A stretch of 63,775 nucleotides of DNA, filler included, from Deltaproteobacteria bacterium (GTDB taxonomy: Bacteria; JAUYMQ01), in the NCBI GenBank assembly GCA_030698575.1. It is 14 parts of 14 records of this genome, joined end to end, with 100 filler letters (N's around TTAATTAATTAA, not from the genome) between each part and the next. Parts side by side here need not be neighbours in the genome. Positions count along the whole stretch, not along the records: positions 17,711 to 20,275 come from JAUYMQ010000473.1; positions 20,376 to 29,168 come from JAUYMQ010000477.1; 12 more parts are not named here. One strand, given 5' to 3'. The stretch's first letter is position 1. Each line of letters begins with the position of its first letter. Below are positions 18,329 to 28,465 of this stretch, in pieces. The notes beneath the pieces are model-generated. The model had not been told where the DNA came from. It was given only the letters and a program-made list of their open reading frames with translations, and made no database searches. A program made the translations under genes and the position numbers.

Positions 18329-19270
18329 TCAGCTCGAGCTGGATCGGGCGAGCCACTCGGGCAGGTCCCGATAGCCCTTCTCTCGGAGCATCTTCAGCAG
18401 CCGTTGGTTGTATGGCCTGTAGACCTGCCCGAGCTCGGCCCGCCGGTCCGGTGACAAGCGTTCACCCCCGGAGCGCGCCTCGTTCAGCCAGCTATAGAGG
18501 TCCCTCACGACCTGCTTGATCCGTCCGTGCCTTCTCCAGAACGGCTCGTACCTGTCGTTGATGCGCTCCGCGATCCGGGCCAGCATCTGATTCTTGTGCT
18601 TCATGGTCCGGTTTTCCCAAGAGAATTCGACGTGCTCGTACACCGCCGCATTGAGGCCGAGCCATGCGCACAGGTCGCGCATAACGGCGCCCGGGTCCCT
18701 GGTCAGGTCCTCGAAGAAATACACACGGATCGAGTCCGCGAAGACAGAGTACCACTCCCCCAGGTAGTCGGCGTAGAAGCCCTGGGCGAGACCACGAATG
18801 AAGATGCTCTCGCCGTAGACGTTCACCGGGGCGCCGCTCGTCCGTGCCTTCACGGCGGGCAGCTCTTCCAAGGCACGCCGGGCGTAATCGTCGCACCGGG
18901 TGTCGGGCGGCAGCTCGGCCGAGGTCTTCATGTGGTCGAAATAGGACCGGAGCCGATCGATCGGCTGGCGGAGAACGAAGACGATCCGGATGGGGCCGAG
19001 CCGATCGCGGATGGACTGCGCCAGCTTGAGCCCGCCGAAGATGTAGCGCGGCGACGCCTCCATGCGGTACCGGCGCTGATTGCAGCTATCGAAGTACCCA
19101 GCGTACGTCTCGATCGGCGCGAGCGGTTCCCCGAAGGCGATCGGCATGAAGTAGTTGGTCTCTTTGACGCTCGAGCCGCAGATGTCCGGGTGTCGCGCCA
19201 GATACGTGTAGAGCGACGTCGTGGCGGCCTTGTTGACGCCGGCGATGATTAGATTCGGGAGCTGGCTCAT
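18329..19270 (-). CDS. Sulfotransferase
   Basis: PNLIIAGVNKAATTSL PAPS-binding motif, KETNYF, EASPRY and LRQPIDR..S. ATGA overlap with the upstream gene. Confidence 0.88.
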   Translation of the reverse strand: MSQLPNLIIAGVNKAATTSLYTYLARHPDICGSSVKETNYFMPIAFGEPLAPIETYAGYFDSCNQRRYRMEASPRYIFGGLKLAQSIRDRLGPIRIVFVLRQPIDRLRSYFDHMKTSAELPPDTRCDDYARRALEELPAVKARTSGAPVNVYGESIFIRGLAQGFYADYLGEWYSVFADSIRVYFFEDLTRDPGAVMRDLCAWLGLNAAVYEHVEFSWENRTMKHKNQMLARIAERINDRYEPFWRRHGRIKQVVRDLYSWLNEARSGGERLSPDRRAELGQVYRPYNQRLLKMLREKGYRDLPEWLARSSSS

Positions 19271-20275
19271 CGGTGACTCGTGACGCGCGAAGCGCTCAGC
19301 ACAGCGTCGAACTCTCTCGCTAGGGTCCAGGTGAGGGTGCGCCGGTCGAAGGCGCGGAGGAACTCCCGATTCACCGGCGGCGGTTGCTTCTTCTCCTTCC
19401 ACCGTCCGTAGACCTCACTCAAGATGCGGACCATGCCGTCGCGGTCGTCCGGGCGACAGATGAGCGCCGTGCCCACCTTCGCCAGGACATCCCTCGCGTC
19501 GCTATCCGGGACGGCGGCGAGGATCGGCCGGCCCGACGCCATGTACTCGTACATCTTGCTCGGCGCACTCGTCGAGCGCCGGCCGTGGGGCAGGTTGTGC
19601 ATGGCGAGGAAGAGAATGCCCGCCGTTCGCACGAGCTCCAGGCTCTTGTCCCGGGGCAGATACCCCGTGAAGTCCGTGAGGCGATGCACAATATCCACGC
19701 TCAGCTCCGGGGCCGGGGACCGGGCCGCGTTTCCGGCAAACACGATCTGCAGATTGTCCTTGACGGTCGGATCGGACTCGCACCAGCGCTGGACGGCCTC
19801 GAAGAGCACAAGGTGCGAGCGCGTGGCGATGTCAACCCCCGGCACAGCCCCGCCCAACCCTTCGTAGAGCCGCCTTCTCCTGCGGTGGAGCAGCCCCGCG
19901 TCGGTGAGGAAGGAGCCGGCATGGACGATCGTGAACTTGGCGGTCTCCTCGCGCAAGGCGCAATTGAAATCGCCCGGATCGAAGCCATTCGTGATTGTCA
20001 CAACGCGCTTCCCTCGAAAGTCTGGGAAGGTCCGCGTGAGGCAGGCGGCGGCCTCCGGAGTGTTCATGACGATGACCGCCGCGCTCGAGAGGAGCCGGTG
20101 CATCTTTGCGAGCGCCACCTTCCTGTGGAGAAGCGAGGGGTAGACCTGGATCTCGTCGATGGCCCACGCATCCCGGAGATCGGCCACCCAGGGAATGTGA
20201 TGCCTCCGCGATAGATAGGCCGCGACGTCGGCGCTCTCGAAGGGAGACATAGAGGCGTAGATCAGGCTTGCACCT
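19267..20275 (-). CDS. GT4 family glycosyltransferase (5' truncated)
   Basis: PWVADLRDAW, ITNGFD and PSKMYEYMASGRPIL motifs. Confidence 0.88.
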
Positions 20276-20375
20276 NNNNNNNNNNNNNNNNNNNNNNNNN
20301 NNNNNNNNNNNNNNNNNNNTTAATTAATTAANNNNNNNNNNNNNNNNNNNNNNNNNNNNNNNNNNNNNNNNNNNN

Positions 20376-20704
20376 AGGTTCAGCAGGAAGTCCCATACCT
20401 GAAGGGACTGCTCCAGCCTGTCGAGGATCTCCCCTTGCAGGAGCCGATTCTGGGCCGGCGCCACCGGGAGATCGCTCGCCTGGCCCAGCACCTCATCTTC
20501 CTGCTCGACATAAAGGACGGCGCGCGATGGATGAACCTTGTCGCCTTCCTCGAAGACCCGAGCCGCCTTGCAGACTTCGTCACCTTCTATTTCCTGCAGG
20601 ATCTGACGGTGAAGCAGGACCTTCTGGAGACGCTCGACGTGTCGGTGCGGATGCGGCGGCTGAAGGGAGCGCTGGAAGGCGCGATCCAGGGGCTGGAGGG
20701 TTAA
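20376..20704 (+). CDS. LON substrate-binding domain protein, C-terminal fragment
   Basis: PSRLADFV..KQDLLETLDV..R motif. Confidence 0.6.
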
Positions 20705-20842
20705 GGGGCGCGCGGCAACGTCGTACCGACGACATCGCGCTGTCACAGAGCCTTGCTAGCTTCTCGCGGGATGAACCGGGCAAACGATCTGGCGGGCAGA
20801 CGGGCCGATCGCCCCGAACCATCCGGCAAGGAGGTTATCAGC

Positions 20843-21091
20843 ATGGTTTCCTGCCCCCGGTGCGGCTCCGGCCAGGTCGAGTCCGATCTTGCGGCCGACT
20901 CCCGCATCTATCTCGCGTTCTGGGCCTGTTCGGCTTGCGGCCAGCGCGGCGTTTCGCGAGTCATCGATCGTCACCCGCCGGCCGACCAGACCGCCCTTTC
21001 GCCCACACCGGCATCTCACGCCCCGCAGCGGGGGCACCTGCCGGGCCGGGCCCTGCGCCGTCCACCGCGCGAGGGCCGTTCCCGCGCCTGA
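20843..21091 (+). CDS. Small zinc-ribbon protein
   Basis: AAGGAGG RBS; CPRC and CSAC pairs. Confidence 0.5.
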   Translation: MVSCPRCGSGQVESDLAADSRIYLAFWACSACGQRGVSRVIDRHPPADQTALSPTPASHAPQRGHLPGRALRRPPREGRSRA

Positions 21092-22660
21092 TCATGGCTT
21101 CACGATGAGCGAAGACTCTCCCTCGTCCTTTGCTCTCTTCTCCTTCTCATCCTCGTCCCGCGTGAGTATCTCGACCGTTTTTTCGACCAGCGCGTATAGG
21201 AACGGCGTCATTGAGGCGCTGGCCTCCGGGGTGACCAGGCGATCCGCCACCGCCCGGGCCTGCGCCGCCGCCTCCGTCTCTCCCCGGACCTGGAGGAGAT
21301 AGGTCATCTCACGCATCCGCTGCGCGTAACGGCTTCGCAGCGCCTCCCCGCCTCCCGGGGCGAAGATCGCATCCGTGGCCTCCCGGACCAGCCCTGCAAG
21401 GCGCTCGTTCTTTTGCATCAGGTTGAGCACGATCGGGGAGCTTGTGGCTTCACGCGCGCGCTCCACGTAGGGCTGGACAAGATCCGGCGCCACGTACCAG
21501 CCCCGGAAAGCCTCGTGATCGAGCAGGCGCGATGAAGACGCGAGCGCGCTCCCGTCCTCGTCGGAACCGATGCCCGCGAGTTGCTCCTCGGCCAACGGAA
21601 CGGGGGCGTCGTCTCCCACGTCCCAGTAGGCACGCAGCTCGGTCGCTCCCTTGGGAAGCCGGGTGCCCGAACGCACGTTACGCTCCATCGCAGCGCCGAT
21701 GAGATGTCGCGCGTGCCCTGGCGTGGTCTCCGCCAGCAAAAGCGAGGCTCGTTCCTGGAGCGAGCTCATGAACTTCTCCAGGCCCCTGCGCTGCGTCTCG
21801 TAGGCGTTCAGCTCGACCAGACCCTTCTCATCGCTGATCAACGCCTCGAACAGATGCAGTCCCTGGGGACGGCGCGGCTGCGCCAGAAAGACGAGACGCG
21901 CGCCATGGCCGTCGATCCCCGTCACGAACGCCACCGGTTCGACGGGTTCGGCGGGCCTGTACACCGGGGCCCCCTCCTGGGGGAGATCGACCTGAATGCC
22001 GCGCCTTCGCAGATTCTGGATCCCGCGCCGGATGGCTTTCACCTGCTTCTTGTCCGAGGTCACCGCGAGGAGTTCCAGGAGATAGTCGGCGACGGCTGGC
22101 GACGGGATTTCCGCGACCCATTCAGCCATCGTCTCCGCAAGGCCCGGATCACGCCCGGTCAAGGCTCTGGCCACGGGCACGACCTTCTCTCCGGCGGCAC
22201 GGGCCAGCGACTCGAATGCCGCACGCCGGAGCGGAGAAGGCATGCCAGCGAGCAGATCGCCCTCATGATCAGCATCGACCGCATCACCTCGAGCAAGCTC
22301 CCCGGCCAGCCGCGACATCGACTCCCTCACTTCCGGCGCCCGCAGCAGCCACTCGGGCGCATCATCGGCAAGCGGCGCGAGTGCGGTGATCTCCGCTATG
22401 GAATCCAGATCGAGATCGACGGCCTTGTCGAGGATGCGTTTCGCCATGAGCGGCGAGCGGAGCTTCAGGGCCAGCCGGATTATCCCGTGGCGGGTGTCGG
22501 CGTCGGCCTTGTCGAACCGCCTGTCGCTCACCGCGGCCAGTTCCTCCTCCGTGAGCCCCTCGGTGCCCGCCCCCCCCCCGGCGGCCAGGAGCCGGCTCAG
22601 CTTCTCATCGGCCTCACGCCAGCGACCAGGCTGTCCAATTTTCTCTCGAGCCTTTTTCAC
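21092..22660 (-). CDS. Hypothetical helical protein
   Basis: 522 aa ORF with plausible composition, co-oriented with cutA and dgt. Confidence 0.7.
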   Translation of the reverse strand: MKKAREKIGQPGRWREADEKLSRLLAAGGGAGTEGLTEEELAAVSDRRFDKADADTRHGIIRLALKLRSPLMAKRILDKAVDLDLDSIAEITALAPLADDAPEWLLRAPEVRESMSRLAGELARGDAVDADHEGDLLAGMPSPLRRAAFESLARAAGEKVVPVARALTGRDPGLAETMAEWVAEIPSPAVADYLLELLAVTSDKKQVKAIRRGIQNLRRRGIQVDLPQEGAPVYRPAEPVEPVAFVTGIDGHGARLVFLAQPRRPQGLHLFEALISDEKGLVELNAYETQRRGLEKFMSSLQERASLLLAETTPGHARHLIGAAMERNVRSGTRLPKGATELRAYWDVGDDAPVPLAEEQLAGIGSDEDGSALASSSRLLDHEAFRGWYVAPDLVQPYVERAREATSSPIVLNLMQKNERLAGLVREATDAIFAPGGGEALRSRYAQRMREMTYLLQVRGETEAAAQARAVADRLVTPEASASMTPFLYALVEKTVEILTRDEDEKEKRAKDEGESSLIVKP

Positions 22661-22673
22661 GTTGCCCTTTCTT

Positions 22674-23039
22674 TCAGGTGGTCTGTTCCAGCAGCCAGTT
22701 CATGTAGGGGCGCGCCCCACCCGCGATCGGCAGCGCGATGACCTCGGGAACGTCATAAGGATGCAGCGCGGTGAGCCTTCGGATGAGTTTCGGCAGAAGC
22801 GGCTTCCGCGTCTTGATCAGACAGAGGACTTCCCGGTCCCGCTCGATCTTCCCCTTCCACCGGTAGAGCGACGTCAGGCCCGGGATCACGTTGACGCAGG
22901 CAGCGAGCCTCTCGCCGACCAGCGCGCGCGCAATGCGCTCCGCAGTGGCCCGGTCGGGAGCCGTCGACAGCACCAGCAGGCACGACCCGCCCCCTGCACG
23001 CGCCTTGCGCCCCCCGGATGCGCTTCTACCCCCTGCCAT
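22674..23039 (-). CDS. cutA: Divalent-cation tolerance protein CutA
   Basis: RLAACVN, SLYRWKG and HPYDVPEVI motifs. Confidence 0.93.
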   Translation of the reverse strand: MAGGRSASGGRKARAGGGSCLLVLSTAPDRATAERIARALVGERLAACVNVIPGLTSLYRWKGKIERDREVLCLIKTRKPLLPKLIRRLTALHPYDVPEVIALPIAGGARPYMNWLLEQTT

Positions 23040-23077
23040 GGCTCCTCCAGCCAGAACGTCACCGCACACACCCGCCG

Positions 23078-24223
23078 CTAGACGCGCTCGTGCGGATCGA
23101 AAAGTTTCTTGTGCTCGTCCATCGCGTAGCGATCGGTCATTCCCGCGATGTAGTCGGCGATAACGCGGTGTATCTCGTCGCCCTCGGAGAGGCGCGACAC
23201 GAAACGGGAGGGCATCTGCTCGGGCTGGGACAGGTAGGTGTTGAAAAGATCCTCCAGAATGCGCTCCGCCTTTGTTCCCATCCGGATGACGCGCGTGTGA
23301 CGGTAGAGATTGTCGTAGAGAAAGGCCTTGAGCTCCGCCTTCTTCTCCTCGACTTCCCCGGAGAAGCCCACGATGCGCTCAGCGCATCGCCTGACGTCGT
23401 CCGCGCTGCCGATCCCCAGCTCCGTCAACCGGCTCTCCGTGGTGCGGATAGCGTCGCTTACAAGGAGGTCGATGAGGGATCGGATAGTGGCGAGAATGAT
23501 GAGCCGCTCCTCGGCCCCCGCGAGCCTGCGCGTCGCCTCAGCGTGATTCTCCCGCCAAAGCACGACATCCCCGAGCGCGGCCTGATCGAGCATCCCGCTG
23601 GCGATGCCGTCGTCAATGTCGTGATTGTTGTAGGCGATTTCGTCGGAGAGATCGGCCAACTGCCCCTCGAGGGCGGGCTGGTGAAAGGTCTCCCCCCCGG
23701 GGCCATCGTAGCTGCTCCGGTGCTTCTGAATCCCCTCCAGGGTCTCGAAAGTGAGGTTCAGCCCCTTGAAGCCGGGGTATCGCTCTTCCAGAACTTCGAC
23801 GATTCGCAGGCTCTGCTCGTTGTGCTCGAAGCCCCCGTGGTCCTTCATGAGTGCGCCCAGGGCCCGCTCGCCCGAGTGTCCGAAGGGCGTGTGGCCGAGG
23901 TCGTGCGCGAGAACGATCGCCTCGGCGAGATCCTCGTTCAGTCGAAGCGCCCGGGCCATCGTGCGGGCGATCTGCGATCCCTCCATCGTGTGCGTCAGGC
24001 GGGTCCGGTAGTGATCGCCCTCATGATTGACGAAGACCTGGGTCTTGTACTCGAGCCGGCGGAAAGCTGAGCAGTGGATTACCCGGTCGCGATCGCGCTG
24101 ATAGGCCATGCGCAGCGGGTGCTCCTCCTCCGGGTAGCGCCGGCCGCGGGATTCTGCGCTCCTGAGGCCGTAGGGCGCCAGGCGTTCCGCTTCCTGCTTT
24201 TCGAAGTAATCCCTTGCGAGCAT
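23078..24223 (-). CDS. dgt: Deoxyguanosinetriphosphate triphosphohydrolase
   Basis: RDRDRVIH..FRRL..KTQV, RTRLTH, HDLGHTPFGHSGE and DYIAGMTD motifs. Confidence 0.95.
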   Translation of the reverse strand: MLARDYFEKQEAERLAPYGLRSAESRGRRYPEEEHPLRMAYQRDRDRVIHCSAFRRLEYKTQVFVNHEGDHYRTRLTHTMEGSQIARTMARALRLNEDLAEAIVLAHDLGHTPFGHSGERALGALMKDHGGFEHNEQSLRIVEVLEERYPGFKGLNLTFETLEGIQKHRSSYDGPGGETFHQPALEGQLADLSDEIAYNNHDIDDGIASGMLDQAALGDVVLWRENHAEATRRLAGAEERLIILATIRSLIDLLVSDAIRTTESRLTELGIGSADDVRRCAERIVGFSGEVEEKKAELKAFLYDNLYRHTRVIRMGTKAERILEDLFNTYLSQPEQMPSRFVSRLSEGDEIHRVIADYIAGMTDRYAMDEHKKLFDPHERV

Positions 24224-24271
24224 GCTTACCTTCTCCTCCAGCGGCGCTGATGCACGGCCACGCGGGAGCCG

Positions 24272-24718
24272 TTACCCGCCCCGGCCAGCTCCCTTGAAAT
24301 CCCGCTGCTCGAACTTTCCCGCAAGCTCCCGGAAGCGATCCGGAACGCGCGTCGGGCCGCCCGTTCGTCGATCGATCACCACATAGACGGCCTCACCCGT
24401 GGTGAGCAGAAGTCCATTGTCGCGGTTGTACATCTCGAAACCGAATCTGATGCTCGAATTGCCGATACGATCGATCCCGGTGTAGGTCTCGACCGGATCG
24501 TCAAAGGCCGCCGGCCCCTTGTAGTCGATGGCGAATCGCGCCAGCACGAATTCGAGCCCCTCCCCCACCGCCTCCTGGTAAGCCAGACCCATGGCCCGCA
24601 GATACTCGGTCATGGCGACATCGAAGTACGTCAGGTAGTTCCCGTTCCACACCACGCCCTGCGCATCGGTCTCGGCGAAACGCACGCGAACGGTGTCCTT
24701 GAATTTGTAACGCTTCAT
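24272..24718 (-). CDS. Acyl-CoA thioesterase (YbgC/4HBT family)
   Basis: VRFAETDAQGVVWNGNYLTYF motif. Confidence 0.88.
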   Translation of the reverse strand: MKRYKFKDTVRVRFAETDAQGVVWNGNYLTYFDVAMTEYLRAMGLAYQEAVGEGLEFVLARFAIDYKGPAAFDDPVETYTGIDRIGNSSIRFGFEMYNRDNGLLLTTGEAVYVVIDRRTGGPTRVPDRFRELAGKFEQRDFKGAGRGG

Positions 24719-24802
24719 GACGGACTCGGCTCTCCGGCCCCGCGGGGCGGGGGCGGGCGGGCAGGACGTCAAATTCGGACGGCGCGGGTCGGGGCGATGC
24801 GC

Positions 24803-25144
24803 TCAGCCGGGCGGCCAGCGCATGATTCTCCCTCCGAGAAGATGGTAGTGAAGATGATAAACCGACTGCCCGGCCCCCGCGTTCGTGTTCAGGACCACGC
24901 GATACCCTTCCGAGGCAATGCCTCGCTCGCGCGCCAGTTTCGCAGCTACGAGGAAAATCTCGCCCACAAGTTCCCGATCGTCCCCCGTGAGGTCGAGCCC
25001 CGTCGCGATGTGCTTCCGCGGGACAATCAGAATGTGAACCGGCGCCTGCGGGGAGACGTCCTCGAAAGCCACCAGCCGGTCGTCCTCGTGGACGATTCCG
25101 GCCGGTATCTGCTTCTCGACGATCTGGCAGAAGAGACAGGCCAT
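24803..25144 (-). CDS. Histidine triad (HIT) nucleotide-binding protein
   Basis: CLFC, PQAPVH and GQSVYHLHYH motifs. Confidence 0.93.
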   Translation of the reverse strand: MACLFCQIVEKQIPAGIVHEDDRLVAFEDVSPQAPVHILIVPRKHIATGLDLTGDDRELVGEIFLVAAKLARERGIASEGYRVVLNTNAGAGQSVYHLHYHLLGGRIMRWPPG

Positions 25145-25196
25145 GATCTCCGCAACATGACGACGCCGCCAAGCAGGCGCGCCGAAGAATGACCGA

Positions 25197-25590
25197 TCAG
25201 GCGAAACCCAGCGCGCGCCTCGCCTCGAGGCGCCGCCCCAGAAGGCCCTCTATCACACCCGCGTCGCCCGCCTCAAAATCCGTGAAACGCACCCCGAATC
25301 CGTGCAGCCGACCCGCACCGGCCCGCCGCACCCAGACCACCTCACCTCTGGCGCGAAGCGTGCACACAGCCCCCGGCGTCGAGAGCCTGAAGGCCAGTTC
25401 GAGCCGCGTTCCGGCGGCATAGGGCGCGGGCGCGTGGATAAAAAGCCCCCCCTCGCCCAGGTTGCCCACCGCCCCGTCGTACGCGCCCCCCGCGAGCGCC
25501 ATGCAGGCGACCCGCGTCCGCAGATAGACACGGTCGCCGCTGCGGCGGTTCCGAACCGTCGCTGATTCGCGCGGCGGCGGACGGCTTCAC
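25197..25590 (-). CDS. PilZ domain protein (possible frameshift near 25548)
   Basis: NLGEGGLF, GEVVW and GFGVRF motifs. The RRSGDR motif is in frame upstream of the first ATG. Confidence 0.75.
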
Positions 25591-25734
25591 GATCTGCGGA
25601 CTATTCTACATGAAGAGGCGATCGTAAAAATACCCCTCCATCGTGTCAAACTTATTGTTGCGGCTTCTCTCGCCCGGCCGCTAGGATGCCGGCCAAATGC
25701 TTGGTGGGCGCGCGCCGCGCCCTGGGGAGGTGGC

Positions 25735-26955
25735 GTGACCAGCAAGGGTGGCGGCAAGGATCGTGGCGGGCAGGATCGGTCGGCGCCCTTCACCGTTTCG
25801 CGGCGAATCCTGCTCGGACCGGGGCCAAGCAACGTGCACCCACGCGTCCTGGATGCCCTCGCACAACCGCTGCTGGGCCATCTGGACCCGGAATTTCTCG
25901 CCCTGGCCGATGATACGCAGGCGCTTCTCCGCGAAACCTTCCGCACCACCAATGCCGTCACCTTTCCCGTATCGGGCACCGGAAGCGCGGGAATGGAATC
26001 CTGCTTCGTCAATCTGATCGAACCGGGGGATCGCGTTCTCGTCTGCGTGAACGGCGTGTTTGGCAACCGCATGGCGGACGTTGCAGCGCGCTCTGGCGCG
26101 GAAGTCGCGCGCGTCGAGGCTCCCTGGGGCCGCGCGATGGATCCCGACGCGGTCCTGTCCGCCGGCAGACAGTTCGGCCCCAAGATCATTGCCATGGTCC
26201 ACGCCGAGACCTCCACCGGGGCGCTCACCCCGATTCCCCCGATCGCCGCGGCGGCCCGGGCCTGCGGAGCGCTCCTTGTCGCGGACACTGTGACGTCCCT
26301 TGCCGGCATACCCGTCGAGGTGGATCTCTGGGGCGTCGACGCGTGCTACAGCGGCACCCAGAAGTGCCTCTCCTGCCCCCCCGGCCTCGCGCCCGTCAGC
26401 TACTCGTCCACGGCGATCGAAGCGGTCCGGGCCAGGAAGAGCCGCGTGGCCTCCTGGTACCTCGATCTCACGATGCTCACTCGCTACTGGAGCGACGATC
26501 GGGTGTATCACCACACCGCGCCCATCTCGATGATCTACGCGCTCCGGGAAGCGCTCCGCCTCGTCCAGGAGGAGGGGCTCGAGGCCCGATGGGCCCGTCA
26601 CGCGCTCCATCACCGCGCTCTCGCGGCGGGTCTCGAAGCCATGGAGCTTTCGCTCGTGGTTCCAGGAGAGGAACGGCTGCCCCAGTTGAACGCAATCGCG
26701 GTCCCGGAGGGCGTCGAGGACGCCCCCGTCCGCCGCCGGCTGCTCGAGGAGTTCGGCATCGAAATCGGGGCTGGCCTGGGCGTGTTCCAGGGCAAGGTCT
26801 GGCGCGTTGGCCTCATGGGCTACAGCGCCTCCCGCGAAAATGTGCTCGCGCTTCTCGAGGCGCTGGGCGTCATCCTGCCCGCACAGGGCCACCGTGTGGA
26901 GGCGCTAGCCGGCGTCGATGCGGCCGAGAAGCTCTACCGCGACGCCGGCGCCTGA
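25735..26955 (+). CDS. Alanine/serine-glyoxylate aminotransferase (class V PLP)
   Basis: LLGPGPS, GTGSAGME, VHAETSTG, SGTQKCL.CPPG and YHHTAP motifs. Confidence 0.93.
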   Translation: MTSKGGGKDRGGQDRSAPFTVSRRILLGPGPSNVHPRVLDALAQPLLGHLDPEFLALADDTQALLRETFRTTNAVTFPVSGTGSAGMESCFVNLIEPGDRVLVCVNGVFGNRMADVAARSGAEVARVEAPWGRAMDPDAVLSAGRQFGPKIIAMVHAETSTGALTPIPPIAAAARACGALLVADTVTSLAGIPVEVDLWGVDACYSGTQKCLSCPPGLAPVSYSSTAIEAVRARKSRVASWYLDLTMLTRYWSDDRVYHHTAPISMIYALREALRLVQEEGLEARWARHALHHRALAAGLEAMELSLVVPGEERLPQLNAIAVPEGVEDAPVRRRLLEEFGIEIGAGLGVFQGKVWRVGLMGYSASRENVLALLEALGVILPAQGHRVEALAGVDAAEKLYRDAGA

Positions 26956-27017
26956 GCACGCGCAGCACCCCTGCCCGCCCCTTTGCCCGCTCCCTTCGCC
27001 GTGATACCGTTCCGGAG

Positions 27018-28442
27018 ATGCTGCCGGACGACAAGAAACGCGCGCTCGCGCGTGAGCTCTCCCAAATCGCGGGATCCGCCCACGTCATCACCTCGCCCGT
27101 CGAGCTCGAGGCCTACGGCTACGACGCCTCGCTCGAATCAGCGCGCCCCGATCTCGTCGTTTTGCCCGCGTCGACCGCGGAAGTGGCCGAGATCGTGCGC
27201 CTCGCCTGCGCCATGCGCGTCCCGGTCGTGGCGCGTGGCGCGGGCACAAGCGTATCGGGCGGTTCAGTCCCCGTGGAGGGAGGCGTGATGATCGCCTTCT
27301 CCCGGATGAACCGCATCCTCGAGATTGATCCCGAAAACCTCTGCGCCACCGTCGAGCCGGGGGTGGTCAATCTCGATCTTTCTCGCGCGACCGCCCCACA
27401 CGGGCTCCGCTATCTCCCCGACCCCTCCAGCCAGAAGACCTGCACGCTCGGCGGTAACGTGGCCGAGAACGCCGGAGGCCTGCTCTGCTTCCGGTACGGC
27501 GTGACCGTCAACCACGTCACCGGGCTGGAGCTTGTGACCGCCGACGGTGAGATCTGCCAGATCGGCGGCAAGGCGCCCGGCGCGCCGGGCTACGATCTGC
27601 TCGGCGTCCTCACCGGATCGGAGGGGACGCTCGGCATCTTCACCAAGATCACGGTGCGACTGATGCCCCTCCCCCGATCCTCCTGCACGGTGCTCGCAAG
27701 CTACGGCAGCGTCGACGAAGCCAGCGCCACGGTGGCGGAGGTCGTGGCCTCCGGGATCGTACCTGCCGCGCTCGAAATGATGGATCGCGAGATCATCCAT
27801 GCGGTGGAAGCCTATGTTGGCGCGGGCTACCCCCTCGATGCCGAGGCGGTGCTCATCATGGAGCTCGAGGGCGATCCACGCGCGGTAGAGGCGCAGGCCG
27901 TCCGCATCGACGCGATATGCAAACGGAACCAGGCGCGCGAGGTCCGCCTCTCGCGTGACGCCGAAGAGCGTGAGCGGCTCTGGTCGGGACGCAAGGGCGC
28001 GCTTGGAGCGGTCGCCAGGCTGCGCCCGCGCTACTACCTTCACGACGGCGTGGTGCCGCGGAGCCGTCTCGTCGGCACGCTCCGGGAGGTCCAGGCCATC
28101 GGGAAACGGTATCGTCTCCAGATCGTCAACGTATTTCACGCGGGGGATGGAAATCTGCATCCCATGATCCTCTTCGATACGCGCGACGCGGACGAAACCG
28201 CGCGCGTCCGCAAGGCGGGCGACGAGATCATCCGCGCCTGCGTGGCGGCCGGGGGAACCATCACGGGCGAGCACGGCATCGGGATCGAGAAGCGCCATCT
28301 CATGCCACTCATCTTCACCCCGGACGATCTCTCGGCCATGGCACGCCTGAAACACGCCTTCGATCCCGACGGACTTCTCAATCCGGGAAAGATATTCCCC
28401 ACGGGCGCCCTCTGCGGCGACGTGAAGCCCGTAGCAGCCTGA
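27018..28442 (+). CDS. glcD: Glycolate oxidase-like FAD-linked subunit GlcD
   Basis: RGAGTSVSGG, PDPSSQ, GSEGTLG, HAGDGNLHP and GEHGIG motifs. Confidence 0.85.
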   Translation: MLPDDKKRALARELSQIAGSAHVITSPVELEAYGYDASLESARPDLVVLPASTAEVAEIVRLACAMRVPVVARGAGTSVSGGSVPVEGGVMIAFSRMNRILEIDPENLCATVEPGVVNLDLSRATAPHGLRYLPDPSSQKTCTLGGNVAENAGGLLCFRYGVTVNHVTGLELVTADGEICQIGGKAPGAPGYDLLGVLTGSEGTLGIFTKITVRLMPLPRSSCTVLASYGSVDEASATVAEVVASGIVPAALEMMDREIIHAVEAYVGAGYPLDAEAVLIMELEGDPRAVEAQAVRIDAICKRNQAREVRLSRDAEERERLWSGRKGALGAVARLRPRYYLHDGVVPRSRLVGTLREVQAIGKRYRLQIVNVFHAGDGNLHPMILFDTRDADETARVRKAGDEIIRACVAAGGTITGEHGIGIEKRHLMPLIFTPDDLSAMARLKHAFDPDGLLNPGKIFPTGALCGDVKPVAA

Positions 28443-28465
28443 CCTCGCGGAGGGAGGAAGCGGCC

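Noticed and set aside
26343-27017. N-terminal extension of the 699-aa ORF
   Set aside because: It overlaps the aminotransferase in another frame and is Arg/Pro-rich noise. GlcD starts at 27018.
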